Virus record (IMG/VR): IMGVR_UViG_3300027759_000080
Location: 3,874-67,873 of that record
Reading direction: 5' to 3' (one strand)
Length of the DNA: 64,000 bases
Origin: a virus
Under the pieces are notes generated by a model that saw only the letters and a program-made list of their open reading frames with translations, ran no database searches and had not been told where the DNA came from. This document shows, piece after piece, positions 28,891 through 38,371 of this stretch (positions are counted from its first letter, which is position 1; each line of letters begins with the position of its first letter). A program made the translations under genes and the position numbers.

Positions 28891-29032
28891 ATTATTTTCT
28901 ATCTAAAGTTATGTTTTATATTTCAGATATCAGGTTTAAGCTGATATGCTTGCTAAAATACCTAAAATATACCTTTCAGATGCCACTTTTGTGTAAAAAT
29001 AGCACAAATACGGTACTTAAAATGTGATTTTT

Positions 29033-29230
29033 TCACATTTGCCTGTCTAAAGATATATTCTTACAGAACCTAATTTCACGATTGCTAAGAGTCCAAATCT
29101 CTCCATTATCCATAGCGCAGGTAAATAGCAAGTCATGTTCTTGTGAGTAATCTATAACAAGGAAGGCATAGCCCTCCATGTTATCAGACACTCTAAATAC
29201 TGGAATCATTGGATTTAACTGTAATATCAT
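29033..29230 (-). CDS. Hypothetical protein
   Basis: 'LQLNP...IDYSQEHDL...GEIW'. Confidence 0.6.
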   Translation of the reverse strand: MILQLNPMIPVFRVSDNMEGYAFLVIDYSQEHDLLFTCAMDNGEIWTLSNREIRFCKNISLDRQM

Positions 29231-29358
29231 CTGTTTGTTATTTTGTACAATTTACTTGGTTTTGTCTGACATATCATACACGTTACTACTGTAACTACTA
29301 GTTATTGAATGATTTGTAACGCAATTTGGTCACTTTTATTGCCAATTTTTGTGACGAG

Positions 29359-29535
29359 TTACCTCAAGAATACTTTAATAGTCCTACCACCATCTTGATA
29401 CTGAACTTGAATCTCTTGGAAGTCATTTAACTCCTTGAACATACTTAATATCCTACCTATAGGCTTATCATTGCCTGCGTGATTTATAACCTCAAACCTT
29501 GTTACTTCTACTTCTTTTTTGTTTTCTTTTTCCAT
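29359..29535 (-). CDS. Small hypothetical protein (58 aa), not in ORF track
   Basis: 'VTRFEVI...QDGGRTIKVF'. Confidence 0.6.
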   Translation of the reverse strand: MEKENKKEVEVTRFEVINHAGNDKPIGRILSMFKELNDFQEIQVQYQDGGRTIKVFLR

Positions 29536-29536
29536 T

Positions 29537-29842
29537 TTATTTATTTGTTGTTAAGTACTGATGTAATAATCCTGCTATAGACTCTACTAGTTGTTCATTC
29601 ATCCAATCTGGGTTTCCACTATGGTAAAGTATGCAATGTGCTAGCTCATGGCAAAAAGTCGATTCGACTATGCTCTGCTTGTACTTTCTCCAGCCTTTCT
29701 CTCCCTTATACTTGCTTGCTATTATGATTATGTTGTCATAAGATATAAATCTTCCAAAGCATTCGTTCTCAGCACAGTACTTGTTATCGTACTTTACTAC
29801 TATTGTTTGCCCTAGCATATTGAAGGAGGAAGGTATAATCAT
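29537..29842 (-). CDS. Small HExxH metallopeptidase-like protein
   Basis: 'FCHELAH' plus downstream 'NEQLVE'. Confidence 0.65.
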   Translation of the reverse strand: MIIPSSFNMLGQTIVVKYDNKYCAENECFGRFISYDNIIIIASKYKGEKGWRKYKQSIVESTFCHELAHCILYHSGNPDWMNEQLVESIAGLLHQYLTTNK

Positions 29843-30216
29843 TATTGTAAGAATGCTTTCTTCATCTCCTCTAATAGTTCTGCTCTCTGTTCATCTGTCA
29901 TTGGAGCTGCTGGCTCGTAATCCTTTTTGCTCATTTTCAGTTCTTCGCAATAAGCCCACAACTCTTCATCATTATTTAATATTGCCTTATTATCCTTATC
30001 CCAAGCCCATTCATTATTATGGTCTTTCAAATCGTAAAGGTAAGAAGAAATCCATTCTGCTGCCTCTTCTCCATAATAACACTTCATCATCATCTCTATG
30101 ACATTGATATACTCGTCCGTTACGCCAGTTACATCTACCATTGGGTACAGCACATTAACAACTGCATCTGCCTTTCTTATCCTATCAAGGATACTTTTAA
30201 ATACTTCTACTTTCAT
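29842..30216 (-). CDS. Hypothetical protein
   Basis: 124 aa coupled ORF. Confidence 0.6.
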   Translation of the reverse strand: MKVEVFKSILDRIRKADAVVNVLYPMVDVTGVTDEYINVIEMMMKCYYGEEAAEWISSYLYDLKDHNNEWAWDKDNKAILNNDEELWAYCEELKMSKKDYEPAAPMTDEQRAELLEEMKKAFLQ

Positions 30217-30219
30217 AAT

Positions 30220-30426
30220 TTATTTGTTAAATGTTTCTGTTAAATATCTTTCGTATGCTTTTTGAACTTTATTTTCTTCCATTCCTGAGTACCATATTGC
30301 GAAATGAAACATTCTTTCCTTCTCCATTTCTTCAGCCTGCTTCAATATAGCATACCAAGTTAATTTGTCCTTTGGCTTATCCCATAATTTCTTGAATAGC
30401 CACTCTGTTGATGTTTGTTTGCTCAT
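30220..30426 (-). CDS. 'KQTAVEWL' family paralog
   Basis: 'MSKQTSTEWL...QAEEMEKE...ETF'. Confidence 0.65.
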   Translation of the reverse strand: MSKQTSTEWLFKKLWDKPKDKLTWYAILKQAEEMEKERMFHFAIWYSGMEENKVQKAYERYLTETFNK

Positions 30427-30434
30427 TTTATTTA

Positions 30435-30644
30435 TTATTGTATAAAGTTTTCGTTAAAAAAATTCTCACAGTCCTCTTCTGTGTTTAATCCTCCCTCATC
30501 GTAAGTTCCCTGTGCATACGAGTTTATTAAGCATTGCTTCTCTAATATCAAGAATCTCTGGAACTCTGTATTTAAGTCATTACCTATAAAGTGCCTATTT
30601 ACTCTCATGTAATCTATTAGCTGTGATACTGCTGTCTTTACCAT
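30435..30644 (-). CDS. Divergent 'KQTAVEWL' family paralog
   Basis: 'KTAV..L...EKQ...SY..G...FFNENF'. Confidence 0.55.
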   Translation of the reverse strand: MVKTAVSQLIDYMRVNRHFIGNDLNTEFQRFLILEKQCLINSYAQGTYDEGGLNTEEDCENFFNENFIQ

Positions 30645-30792
30645 TACATTTATTATTTATTTAATTTCTTAAAATACCTTCTTGCTGATAGTAGGCATAA
30701 TAATTTTTCAACATTTGGTTTTATTCCTATTTCTGGAAAAACTTCCATCATTACCTTAATTGCTCTTGTTGTTTCTTTTCTTGTGTATGTTG

Positions 30793-30984
30793 TCATTTTG
30801 TTTCTATGCTCTCTGCTAATTCTAATAAGTAATTGTCTATTGTTTCTTGATGAAAAGTCATACCTATCAGCATTGCGTTTACTGCGTTGTATATTTCTTC
30901 TAGTCCTACAGAGTCGCTCATTGTTGCACTATATTCAGCACCATTTGACTCGAATGTTATTTTTAATTTTCCTTTTTCCATCAT
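30793..30984 (-). CDS. Hypothetical protein
   Basis: 63 aa ORF. Confidence 0.55.
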   Translation of the reverse strand: MMEKGKLKITFESNGAEYSATMSDSVGLEEIYNAVNAMLIGMTFHQETIDNYLLELAESIETK

Positions 30985-31132
30985 ATATTTATATTTCTTT
31001 TAAAAACTTCTATCCAAATATTTAGCCAACCAAATTGAATGTCAATAATTCCATAATAATTTGAATATTTCATTCCTTTAAATACTCTGAACATAATGCC
31101 AAAGTCTGACCAATCCCATATATAATTTATTT

Positions 31133-31528
31133 TCATATTTTTAATTTTATTACTTCTTTTATAAACTCTGGTGATATCCATTTGTTAATTGCTACATAGT
31201 ACTCGAATCCATCTTTATAGGCTAACACAGTTTCTTCTTTTCCTTCAAATTCAGTTCTTACTTCATACTGATTATCAGGGTCATAACGTAAGTTAAACTT
31301 AATAGCATCCTCGTTATTCTTTTCTATAGCGTGTTGCATAGATGGATTCCTATTCACCCATTCGTGTAATCTTGCTCTTTCTTCTGTCGTAAGTTCGTGG
31401 TAGTACTCGTTTATTACATTATCCCAGAACATTGCTCTTGCTATAGGTCTTGGCGGTATACACGCCTCTACGAGGAACGAAAATTCAAAGAAGTCAATCT
31501 TAAACCTTTGTTTGTTTTTCTTTGCCAT
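31133..31528 (-). CDS. Hypothetical protein
   Basis: 131 aa ORF. Confidence 0.6.
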   Translation of the reverse strand: MAKKNKQRFKIDFFEFSFLVEACIPPRPIARAMFWDNVINEYYHELTTEERARLHEWVNRNPSMQHAIEKNNEDAIKFNLRYDPDNQYEVRTEFEGKEETVLAYKDGFEYYVAINKWISPEFIKEVIKLKI

Positions 31529-31710
31529 TATAATTTATCTCCTTTTTCATTTTCAGGAAAGCTATCATAGAATTTTTTTACATATAATAGTCTATAGTTT
31601 CTTTGCACTTCTTCTACATCCCACTCTTTATTCTCCTCAACTATTCTGTCGTATTCTTTTTGTGATATGATTCTCTTAAGTGCTTCTTCTCTGCTTGTTG
31701 TTTTTGCCAT
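31528..31710 (-). CDS. Hypothetical protein
   Basis: 60 aa coupled ORF. Confidence 0.5.
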   Translation of the reverse strand: MAKTTSREEALKRIISQKEYDRIVEENKEWDVEEVQRNYRLLYVKKFYDSFPENEKGDKL

Positions 31711-31728
31711 ATGATTATTTTTTATTTT

Positions 31729-32097
31729 TTATCTACTTACTACAACCCCATTATGCAAAAGTGTTACCTGACAAGGTACTTCCACATTCTCTATTTGTTT
31801 GTGCCTCTTTCTTAACCTTTTGCAGTAATGCTCGTAACTCCACTGACAACTTTTTTCTTTTTTATTATAAGCTTCCCACTTGTAAATCAAACCTTTAGCG
31901 CATTTATTAGTTAAGTCGTACACTATATCGCTGATGCTGAAGTAGTAATGCTCAAAGTACTTGACTACATCTCCTGATTGCTGTGCCATATTGTAGTCAA
32001 AATTAATTTTTTGCTTCTTTATAAACTCTTCTATATATCCTGTGCAGATGCGCTCGTATTGAAAGTTTAATGTGGATATGGTTTCTTTGCGTGTCAT
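31729..32097 (-). CDS. Hypothetical protein
   Basis: 122 aa ORF. Confidence 0.6.
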   Translation of the reverse strand: MTRKETISTLNFQYERICTGYIEEFIKKQKINFDYNMAQQSGDVVKYFEHYYFSISDIVYDLTNKCAKGLIYKWEAYNKKEKSCQWSYEHYCKRLRKRHKQIENVEVPCQVTLLHNGVVVSR

Positions 32098-32099
32098 AA

Positions 32100-33323
32100 T
32101 TAAAAGATATAATCGTGATTACTAATTTGTCCGTTAATATAATAGTTTCTAAAGGTAAAGCCACTCATACTGTTCTGGAAGTTAGTCTTAACCCAATTAC
32201 TAGGTGGAGCAAAGCTAGGGAAATTATGGTATTGAAACTTGGTACTACAAGATTTATCTATCAACAATTGGTGACTATCTCCTTTATCAAACTCTATAAC
32301 AACACCTTTCTTAGATAAGTAATTTTGGTCAATAAAATGAGAAATAGTCTTGATAATTTTGTCAGTAATCTGTGGTTTCATTCCAAACTTCATAGTTCCA
32401 CCATCCTTGCCATGACACTCAATTATACAGAACTTATCCATGACCATATAGTAATCCATAAATTTGCGTTGTATGTTAATTATCACGTTATTAGGATATT
32501 TAAGTTCTATATAAGTCTTAAATGCCGAGTTAACTATATAAGAGAAAGCTCCAGAGTGATTATCATCGGTAATATTATTACAAACAATTTTATTGTAAAA
32601 AGGAATTAAGCTATCAATCATTCTTATTTTAAATCTAAGAGCCACGTCAAAAGATTTTTGATTGTCCATATTCTGTGGCAAGTGATGTTCTCTTCTTATT
32701 GTCATGCCGTCCCAACCGTCCATAAAGTCTCCTAAGTCACTGATATACAGAGTATCAAACTTTTTGTGGTTTAATATCCAATCAACAGCTATTTTAAGTC
32801 TCATATTCAATTCTTCTTCATCCCACTTGCCTTCGTATAATGCAAAACCATCCTTATTAACACACATACCAACGTGAACATCAGTATAAATAAACCTGTC
32901 AAAGCCATGAAGACTATCGAGTGAAGGTTCTAATATAATAGGCTCTATCTTATCTTTGAATATTGATAGAAAATCTATTTCCTTAAAATCTATCTCACCT
33001 TCCTCTGGTTTTATATAATTAGGGTTCTTTACAAATACTGAGAAGTCTTTATTTCTTTTATCCCAATAATGAGGGACATCTTGACTAGCCATATTTACAG
33101 CTTCAGATACTTCAAAATCTCCTTCGTGATTATCTAATATCCTTTTCTTATGTCTGTATATATACTTCCTGAATTCTCTTAGCTCATTAAAACTTAAAGT
33201 AAAATTTAGTTTCTGACAAACCTGTCTTGCAATTTCGGTATCTGATTCTAAATTTTTTTCAAGAATAACTTCTTTAATTACCTCCTCGTAAATTGCCCAC
33301 CTCGATACTTTATTGTTTGCCAT
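32100..33323 (-). CDS. Calcineurin-like metallophosphoesterase
   Basis: DVH, GDFMD, DNH, HG, GDSH motifs in order. Confidence 0.8.
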   Translation of the reverse strand: MANNKVSRWAIYEEVIKEVILEKNLESDTEIARQVCQKLNFTLSFNELREFRKYIYRHKKRILDNHEGDFEVSEAVNMASQDVPHYWDKRNKDFSVFVKNPNYIKPEEGEIDFKEIDFLSIFKDKIEPIILEPSLDSLHGFDRFIYTDVHVGMCVNKDGFALYEGKWDEEELNMRLKIAVDWILNHKKFDTLYISDLGDFMDGWDGMTIRREHHLPQNMDNQKSFDVALRFKIRMIDSLIPFYNKIVCNNITDDNHSGAFSYIVNSAFKTYIELKYPNNVIINIQRKFMDYYMVMDKFCIIECHGKDGGTMKFGMKPQITDKIIKTISHFIDQNYLSKKGVVIEFDKGDSHQLLIDKSCSTKFQYHNFPSFAPPSNWVKTNFQNSMSGFTFRNYYINGQISNHDYIF

Positions 33324-33547
33324 ATATGTTTTTATTATAATCCAAATAAGTTTTTAATATTATCTAATACATCATCTTCAAAAATATTAGATTTAGTAAT
33401 ATCTTCTACGCTAATATAATTAAGTCTGTCATTTACTTTTTTTTTAGCATCTTCTATATTATAAGCTCTAACCTTGGTGGTCATCTTTCTGCCGTAAAAC
33501 TCAAAACGTAATATGTAGTCTTTCATATTTTTCTGTAATTTATTTTG

Positions 33548-33745
33548 CAAATATATTTCATAAAATGAGAAAAACAAATTATTTATTTATTATTTTAAAT
33601 TATTATTGTTTTGACTTATATATTGGCTAAATATTGTTTTTATATTCTGTATTAGATAATATATTGTCGAGTAAATTTTAATTGGCTGATTTTCATTAAT
33701 TATTAAAAATAAAGCTTGCGTGTTTAAAATGCTAAACTACATTTG
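33548..33745. promoter_or_regulatory. Divergent promoters flanking AT-rich gap
   Basis: TTTG-N19-TATATTTG on - (33548-33555); TTG-N19-TACATTTG on + (33738-33745). Confidence 0.7.
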
Positions 33746-33749
33746 CGAC

Positions 33750-33893
33750 ATGGAAAACATAGAAAATTATAAGAGCGTATTAGAATACGCCAAGGAAAAG
33801 AGTATAAGCGTTCAAGCTGTATACCAAGCAATCTCAAGAAAAACCTTAGATTTTATTAAGCTAGGGAAAACTATTTTAGTAAAGGTTAAATAA
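33750..33893 (+). CDS. Small HTH (excisionase/Cro-like) protein, not in ORF track
   Basis: 'SVLEYAKEKSISVQAVYQAI...LGKTILV'. Confidence 0.7.
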   Translation: MENIENYKSVLEYAKEKSISVQAVYQAISRKTLDFIKLGKTILVKVK

Positions 33894-33904
33894 AAAATCA
33901 AATC

Positions 33905-34567
33905 ATGGCGGAGAACAAAAAATCATTTATTGCATATTCTGATTGGCATGGAATGTTCCACGCACTTCCAGATGAAGTTGCAGGCAAATTAATTAAACAT
34001 ATATTCTCTTATGTAAATGACGAGAATCCTTCTAGCGAAGATTTTATTATAAATGCTTTATTTGAGCAGATAAAAGCAACTCTTAAAAGGGATTTAATCA
34101 AATGGGATAAAGAGCGTAGCCAAAGAAGCGATGCTGGTAAAAAAAGTGCTGAATCTAGGTTAGCGAAATCCAACGAGCGTCCAACGGAAGATAACGAGCG
34201 TCAACGAAATTCAACTGTAAGTGTAAGTGTAAGTGATAATGAAATAGTAAATACCGATAAATCGGATATTATAAACTGGACTGAGCTTTTAAAGTTCTTT
34301 AATTCTAAAACTAATAAAAACTGCAAGGTTATACCAACAAAAGCTAAAACTGCTTTTACTGCTAGACTAAAAGAAGGTTACAGTAAACAAGATTTTGCTA
34401 CAGCTATACAGAACTGTGCAGCTGACGAGTTTCACATAAACAACCCTCACCATCTAACTCTAGAGTTTATAAGCAGACAGGATAAACTAGATAAATACTT
34501 AAATATTGGAGATAAACCTAAAAACTCAGAAAAACAAAACCCTAAAAACCTAAGAGTAGTAATATGA
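33905..34567 (+). CDS. Replication initiator (DUF6291-like N-terminus)
   Basis: 'KKSFIAY.DW...L.DE.AGKL...F.Y'; C-terminal 'ARLKEGY'; upstream of helicase. Confidence 0.7.
   Translation: MAENKKSFIAYSDWHGMFHALPDEVAGKLIKHIFSYVNDENPSSEDFIINALFEQIKATLKRDLIKWDKERSQRSDAGKKSAESRLAKSNERPTEDNERQRNSTVSVSVSDNEIVNTDKSDIINWTELLKFFNSKTNKNCKVIPTKAKTAFTARLKEGYSKQDFATAIQNCAADEFHINNPHHLTLEFISRQDKLDKYLNIGDKPKNSEKQNPKNLRVVI
34172..34233 (+). repeat. Iteron-like repeats within initiator
   Basis: AACG at 34172/34183/34193/34203; AACGAGCGTC twice; TGTAAG three times. Confidence 0.55.
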
Positions 34568-35559
34568 AAGTTAAAAGAATTAACGATGTAACAGAACAAC
34601 TGTTTGACTTACACAAAAACAATACATCAAACTTACTAAGCACTGGTTTTAAAACTTTAGACGATTACTATCAGGTAAGACCTAGTAACACTACCATCAT
34701 TTACGGATATCCTAGTGCAGGTAAGAGTGAGTTTGCTATGCAATTACTTATAGGACTTACAGTTAAGTACGGAAAGAAGCATTTAATCTATACACCTGAG
34801 ACAGGAACAGCTGAGGAGATATTCTCTGAGATAGCACACGCACTAACAGGTAAAAGCTTTGACAAAAGATTCCCTAATTACATTACAGAGGCAGAAATTT
34901 ATAGGGTACAGCCTTTTATTCAAGAACATTTTGCAGTTATTGAGGACGATGGTGTAAACGGACTAAGCTTAGACAATTATTTTGAGTTAGCTAGAGAAGT
35001 AAAGAGAGATAGGGGATTAGATTGTACTTTGCTAGATAACTTTAACGATTTAGAACACAGTGCATCAGACTTAGCTAATATCGCATCGTACTTACCTGTC
35101 TTTCTTCCTAAATGGAATAAGTTTTCTAAGATAGAGAACCTACATTCTTTTATGATATGTCACGCAAGAAATCCTACAGGTGTTAAATCAGGAGAATTGC
35201 CAAAAGCACCTAGTGTATTTGAAATAAACGGAGGTCAGGCTTGGTATGCAAAGGCTCAGAGCTTAATTTGCGTTGATAGACCCTACGAGGAGATAAACGG
35301 ACTCATGCAACAGTCTAATACGGCAAACATTGATGTCAAGAAGATTAAACCTAAGATTGTAGGCAAGAAAGGATTAGTTCCTTTGGAGTTTGAGTTCAGC
35401 AAGAAGTGCTATAATGAGACAGTTGATGGTCGCATACTTAGGATTGACACTGGATTTAAGAATTCTTATCAAGTTCCAGAAGAAACTAAAAAGAAGATAG
35501 GCGAGAAGATAGCCACACAAGCAAGTTTTGATTTACCAGAAGATTACACACCTTTTTAA
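34564..35559 (+). CDS. DnaB/SF4-like helicase
   Basis: 'STGFKTLD', Walker A GYPSAGKS, Walker B LLDN, 'ICHAR'. Confidence 0.8.
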   Translation: MKVKRINDVTEQLFDLHKNNTSNLLSTGFKTLDDYYQVRPSNTTIIYGYPSAGKSEFAMQLLIGLTVKYGKKHLIYTPETGTAEEIFSEIAHALTGKSFDKRFPNYITEAEIYRVQPFIQEHFAVIEDDGVNGLSLDNYFELAREVKRDRGLDCTLLDNFNDLEHSASDLANIASYLPVFLPKWNKFSKIENLHSFMICHARNPTGVKSGELPKAPSVFEINGGQAWYAKAQSLICVDRPYEEINGLMQQSNTANIDVKKIKPKIVGKKGLVPLEFEFSKKCYNETVDGRILRIDTGFKNSYQVPEETKKKIGEKIATQASFDLPEDYTPF

Positions 35560-35561
35560 AT

Positions 35562-35957
35562 ATGGAAATAGAAGAATATAAAGAAATACAGAAGATTAGA
35601 ACAGAAGAGTATAAGTTAATGGTCAAAAAAGTTGACGAGTACTTTGCCTTATTCTCAATAAATAACAGGAATGCTGAGCTATACGCAGAATTTTGGGAGT
35701 TCTATACTTTCATAGAGGAATTTGAGCTAAAAGCTATAAAATCACAGGGTAAACAAAAGGAAAATGCATTAGAACACTTAAAGATGCTTTATCGTATGCA
35801 ACAGTTTAACGCAAAGGTGTTTGCTAGATTTAATTACGAGAATGTAATACTAAGTGCCAAGGCTAAAAGACTACAAAAGGAGCAATTTATATTTCTAAAT
35901 GAAATTAAAGAATTAAAAGAACAAATAGAACTTACAGAAAAAATAAATAATCTATAA
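35562..35957 (+). CDS. Hypothetical coiled-coil protein
   Basis: 131 aa ORF. Confidence 0.6.
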   Translation: MEIEEYKEIQKIRTEEYKLMVKKVDEYFALFSINNRNAELYAEFWEFYTFIEEFELKAIKSQGKQKENALEHLKMLYRMQQFNAKVFARFNYENVILSAKAKRLQKEQFIFLNEIKELKEQIELTEKINNL

Positions 35958-35962
35958 AAAAC

Positions 35963-36403
35963 ATGAAAAAAAATCTAAATTACAAAGAATGCTCGTTCAT
36001 ATTGAACAGGAGTGAGGAGTATTGTCAAGGTCTTATGATGAAGGAGAATGGCAAGATGGGAATTCAAAAAGAATTGACCCCAAAAGAATTTAAAGAAGAG
36101 GCTGCATCTTGGTCAATATCAGTTGAAAGACTATCAGAGATAACAAAGATAGATGTAGCTCATTTACTAGAAGATATTAATAAAAACTTCTTCAGAAACG
36201 AGATTTGTGTAGAATATTTGATAAAGAAAGTAAATCAAAAGTTTAAGCCTAATGCCAAGACTGGTGCATATCCTATATCGATAGTTATTCCTGAAGAAAT
36301 TACAGCACTTATGAACGAGGAAAATCAAAAGAAGTGCATAAAGGTATTAGAAGAAAGAGTAAGTAAAAATGTTAATTTTAAACTAGTAAATAAAAATATA
36401 TGA
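35963..36403 (+). CDS. Hypothetical protein
   Basis: 146 aa ORF. Confidence 0.6.
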   Translation: MKKNLNYKECSFILNRSEEYCQGLMMKENGKMGIQKELTPKEFKEEAASWSISVERLSEITKIDVAHLLEDINKNFFRNEICVEYLIKKVNQKFKPNAKTGAYPISIVIPEEITALMNEENQKKCIKVLEERVSKNVNFKLVNKNI

Positions 36404-36621
36404 TAGACAAAATAATAGGAACAGTTTTTTATGATGGGCTAAACTATATGGTAATAGACCCATATTGCGGTTTAATATGTATAAATCAAAAAGATGCAAA
36501 ACAATTTAAGAATAGAGATACTATATCTTATGAACGAAAAACTTGTTGGCTTGATAACAAAAAAGGAAAAACAATAGGATGGGAAAAATTTGCATATCAA
36601 CCAAAATTAATAATAAAATAA
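36400..36621 (+). CDS. Hypothetical protein
   Basis: 73 aa coupled ORF. Confidence 0.5.
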   Translation: MIDKIIGTVFYDGLNYMVIDPYCGLICINQKDAKQFKNRDTISYERKTCWLDNKKGKTIGWEKFAYQPKLIIK

Positions 36622-36627
36622 AAATAT

Positions 36628-37002
36628 ATGATAACTAAATCACAATGGGCAGCAATGCCACAAGAAGAAAAAGATAACATCATGACTAATGTCAGAATTT
36701 CAATTATTGGTTTGCACGCAACCTTAAATGCAGCCAAACACTACAAAGATTTTATCAAGGAGTACGAGGTTGGAATAAGTAATAAAAAGACTGTCAAGGT
36801 TTTAAAGGACGGATTTATTAGTTTAGAGTATTTATTGTCGTTTATTGATAGTGCTTTTAAGGTGAGCAAAGAAGTTAAGAAGGAAGATATGGATGCTGAG
36901 GAAGAGTTCACCTATAAGATTCTTGAGAACTTAGAAAACGAGTGCTTCCAGTTTGTTAATCACGAGATGGGTTTTAATATGATTAGAAAAGCTTTAGGAT
37001 AA
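36628..37002 (+). CDS. Hypothetical protein
   Basis: 124 aa ORF. Confidence 0.6.
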   Translation: MITKSQWAAMPQEEKDNIMTNVRISIIGLHATLNAAKHYKDFIKEYEVGISNKKTVKVLKDGFISLEYLLSFIDSAFKVSKEVKKEDMDAEEEFTYKILENLENECFQFVNHEMGFNMIRKALG

Positions 37003-37190
37003 TGGAAATTAGAATACTTAAACAGGGCGTTTACGAGACCGACAAAGGAGAAAAGATAAAGATTATTGAAATATGGTATGGGGCTAATCCTCGTATCGTA
37101 TTCCAAATAGGCGATACAGTTTACACTAGAAGTAGGGAAATATTTGAGGAAGGAATTAGAAATAATAAAATAATTAAAAAACTTTTTTGA
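37002..37190 (+). CDS. Hypothetical protein
   Basis: 62 aa coupled ORF. Confidence 0.55.
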   Translation: MEIRILKQGVYETDKGEKIKIIEIWYGANPRIVFQIGDTVYTRSREIFEEGIRNNKIIKKLF

Positions 37191-37216
37191 AATGAGAAAA
37201 ATATTTCTATCTTCGC

Positions 37217-37297
37217 ACTCGATTGTTGGGTCTGATTAACCCGAGTTTTTCATGTGATTCTTAAAAAAGCCTAGTAGTAATATTGGGCTTTTTTTTT
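37217..37297 (+). ncRNA. Candidate small RNA
   Basis: TTTG-N18-TATCTTCG promoter, 5' hairpin, TTTTTCATGTGATT, terminator AAAAAAGCCTAGTA-GTAA-TATTGGGCTTTTTT. Confidence 0.55.
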
Positions 37298-37351
37298 GTT
37301 TGATTATATATTACATTTGCATAATAAAAAATAATTTAAAACAATATTTTT

Positions 37352-38371
37352 ATGATACCACAAATAATAGGAGCAGGATTACAAGCGTACAATATGTACA
37401 ATTCTTGGCAAGACAAGAATAAGGCAGAAGCAGCAGCTGCTCAATTAGATAGACAGCCAGTTCCTCAATATACCCCAAATTCAAGATTAAATAGTTTCTA
37501 TCAGCAAGCAGTTGCTGGTGTTGCTAGCCCACAAGGATACACAGGAGCAGAAACAGCAGGATACAACTCTCGTTTAGCTCAAATAATAGCCTCTAGAAAT
37601 GCTAATGCTCAGAATATGGGTGGCGGTGGAATAGGAAGAGCTGTTGGAGCTATGGGTAACGCTGAAGCCTTAAATTCTTTAAATCAATTCAGCGGTAACG
37701 ATGCTGCTTTAAGAAGAAGTGCATTTAACGCTGCTATGGGTAGACAGCAAAGTGCTATGGGTCAGTACCAGAGCCTTGATAACATGAACACTCAAACAGC
37801 CTTACAAAGAAGATTAATGAAGGAGCAAGGTTTAGGTCAAGCTATTCAAAGTAATAAGGCTATGATAAGCAATAGTTTAAATAATCTGGGCGGAGATTTA
37901 ATGGGATACGGTATGACTAAAGACCTTATGGCACAAAGATTGGCTGGAGCAAATCCTACAGCTACAGCAGGAATGCCTAGTGCTGATTTAGCTAAAACCT
38001 ACTACGGAGCAGGAGGAAAATTAGGTTTAAGCAATAGATTTAGCAACTACGCACAAAATGCGGTTGATAATTCAATGCAACCATTAACATCTCAGGGTGC
38101 AATAACAAATAATCAAACATTTTCATTAGGTAATAGGAATCCAGCATTTTCAAGTGCTTTTAACAATCCGACAATACTTTCGGGAGGAAGATTAGCAAGA
38201 CAAGGAGGGATAGAAGGTAATCCTGTAACTTCTTTTGGGAATAACGGATTTTTTAATAGCATGAGGAATGACGTAATTCCTTCTAGTAGAAGTATGTACG
38301 CACAAGATATTATAAATAATCCAATAGGAAGAAACTATAATAGAAGTTATAACGAATATAATATAGACTAA
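37352..38371 (+). CDS. Putative ejected/internal virion protein
   Basis: A/G/Q/N-rich; first of large-gene cluster; TACATTTG at 37312. Confidence 0.55.
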   Translation: MIPQIIGAGLQAYNMYNSWQDKNKAEAAAAQLDRQPVPQYTPNSRLNSFYQQAVAGVASPQGYTGAETAGYNSRLAQIIASRNANAQNMGGGGIGRAVGAMGNAEALNSLNQFSGNDAALRRSAFNAAMGRQQSAMGQYQSLDNMNTQTALQRRLMKEQGLGQAIQSNKAMISNSLNNLGGDLMGYGMTKDLMAQRLAGANPTATAGMPSADLAKTYYGAGGKLGLSNRFSNYAQNAVDNSMQPLTSQGAITNNQTFSLGNRNPAFSSAFNNPTILSGGRLARQGGIEGNPVTSFGNNGFFNSMRNDVIPSSRSMYAQDIINNPIGRNYNRSYNEYNID

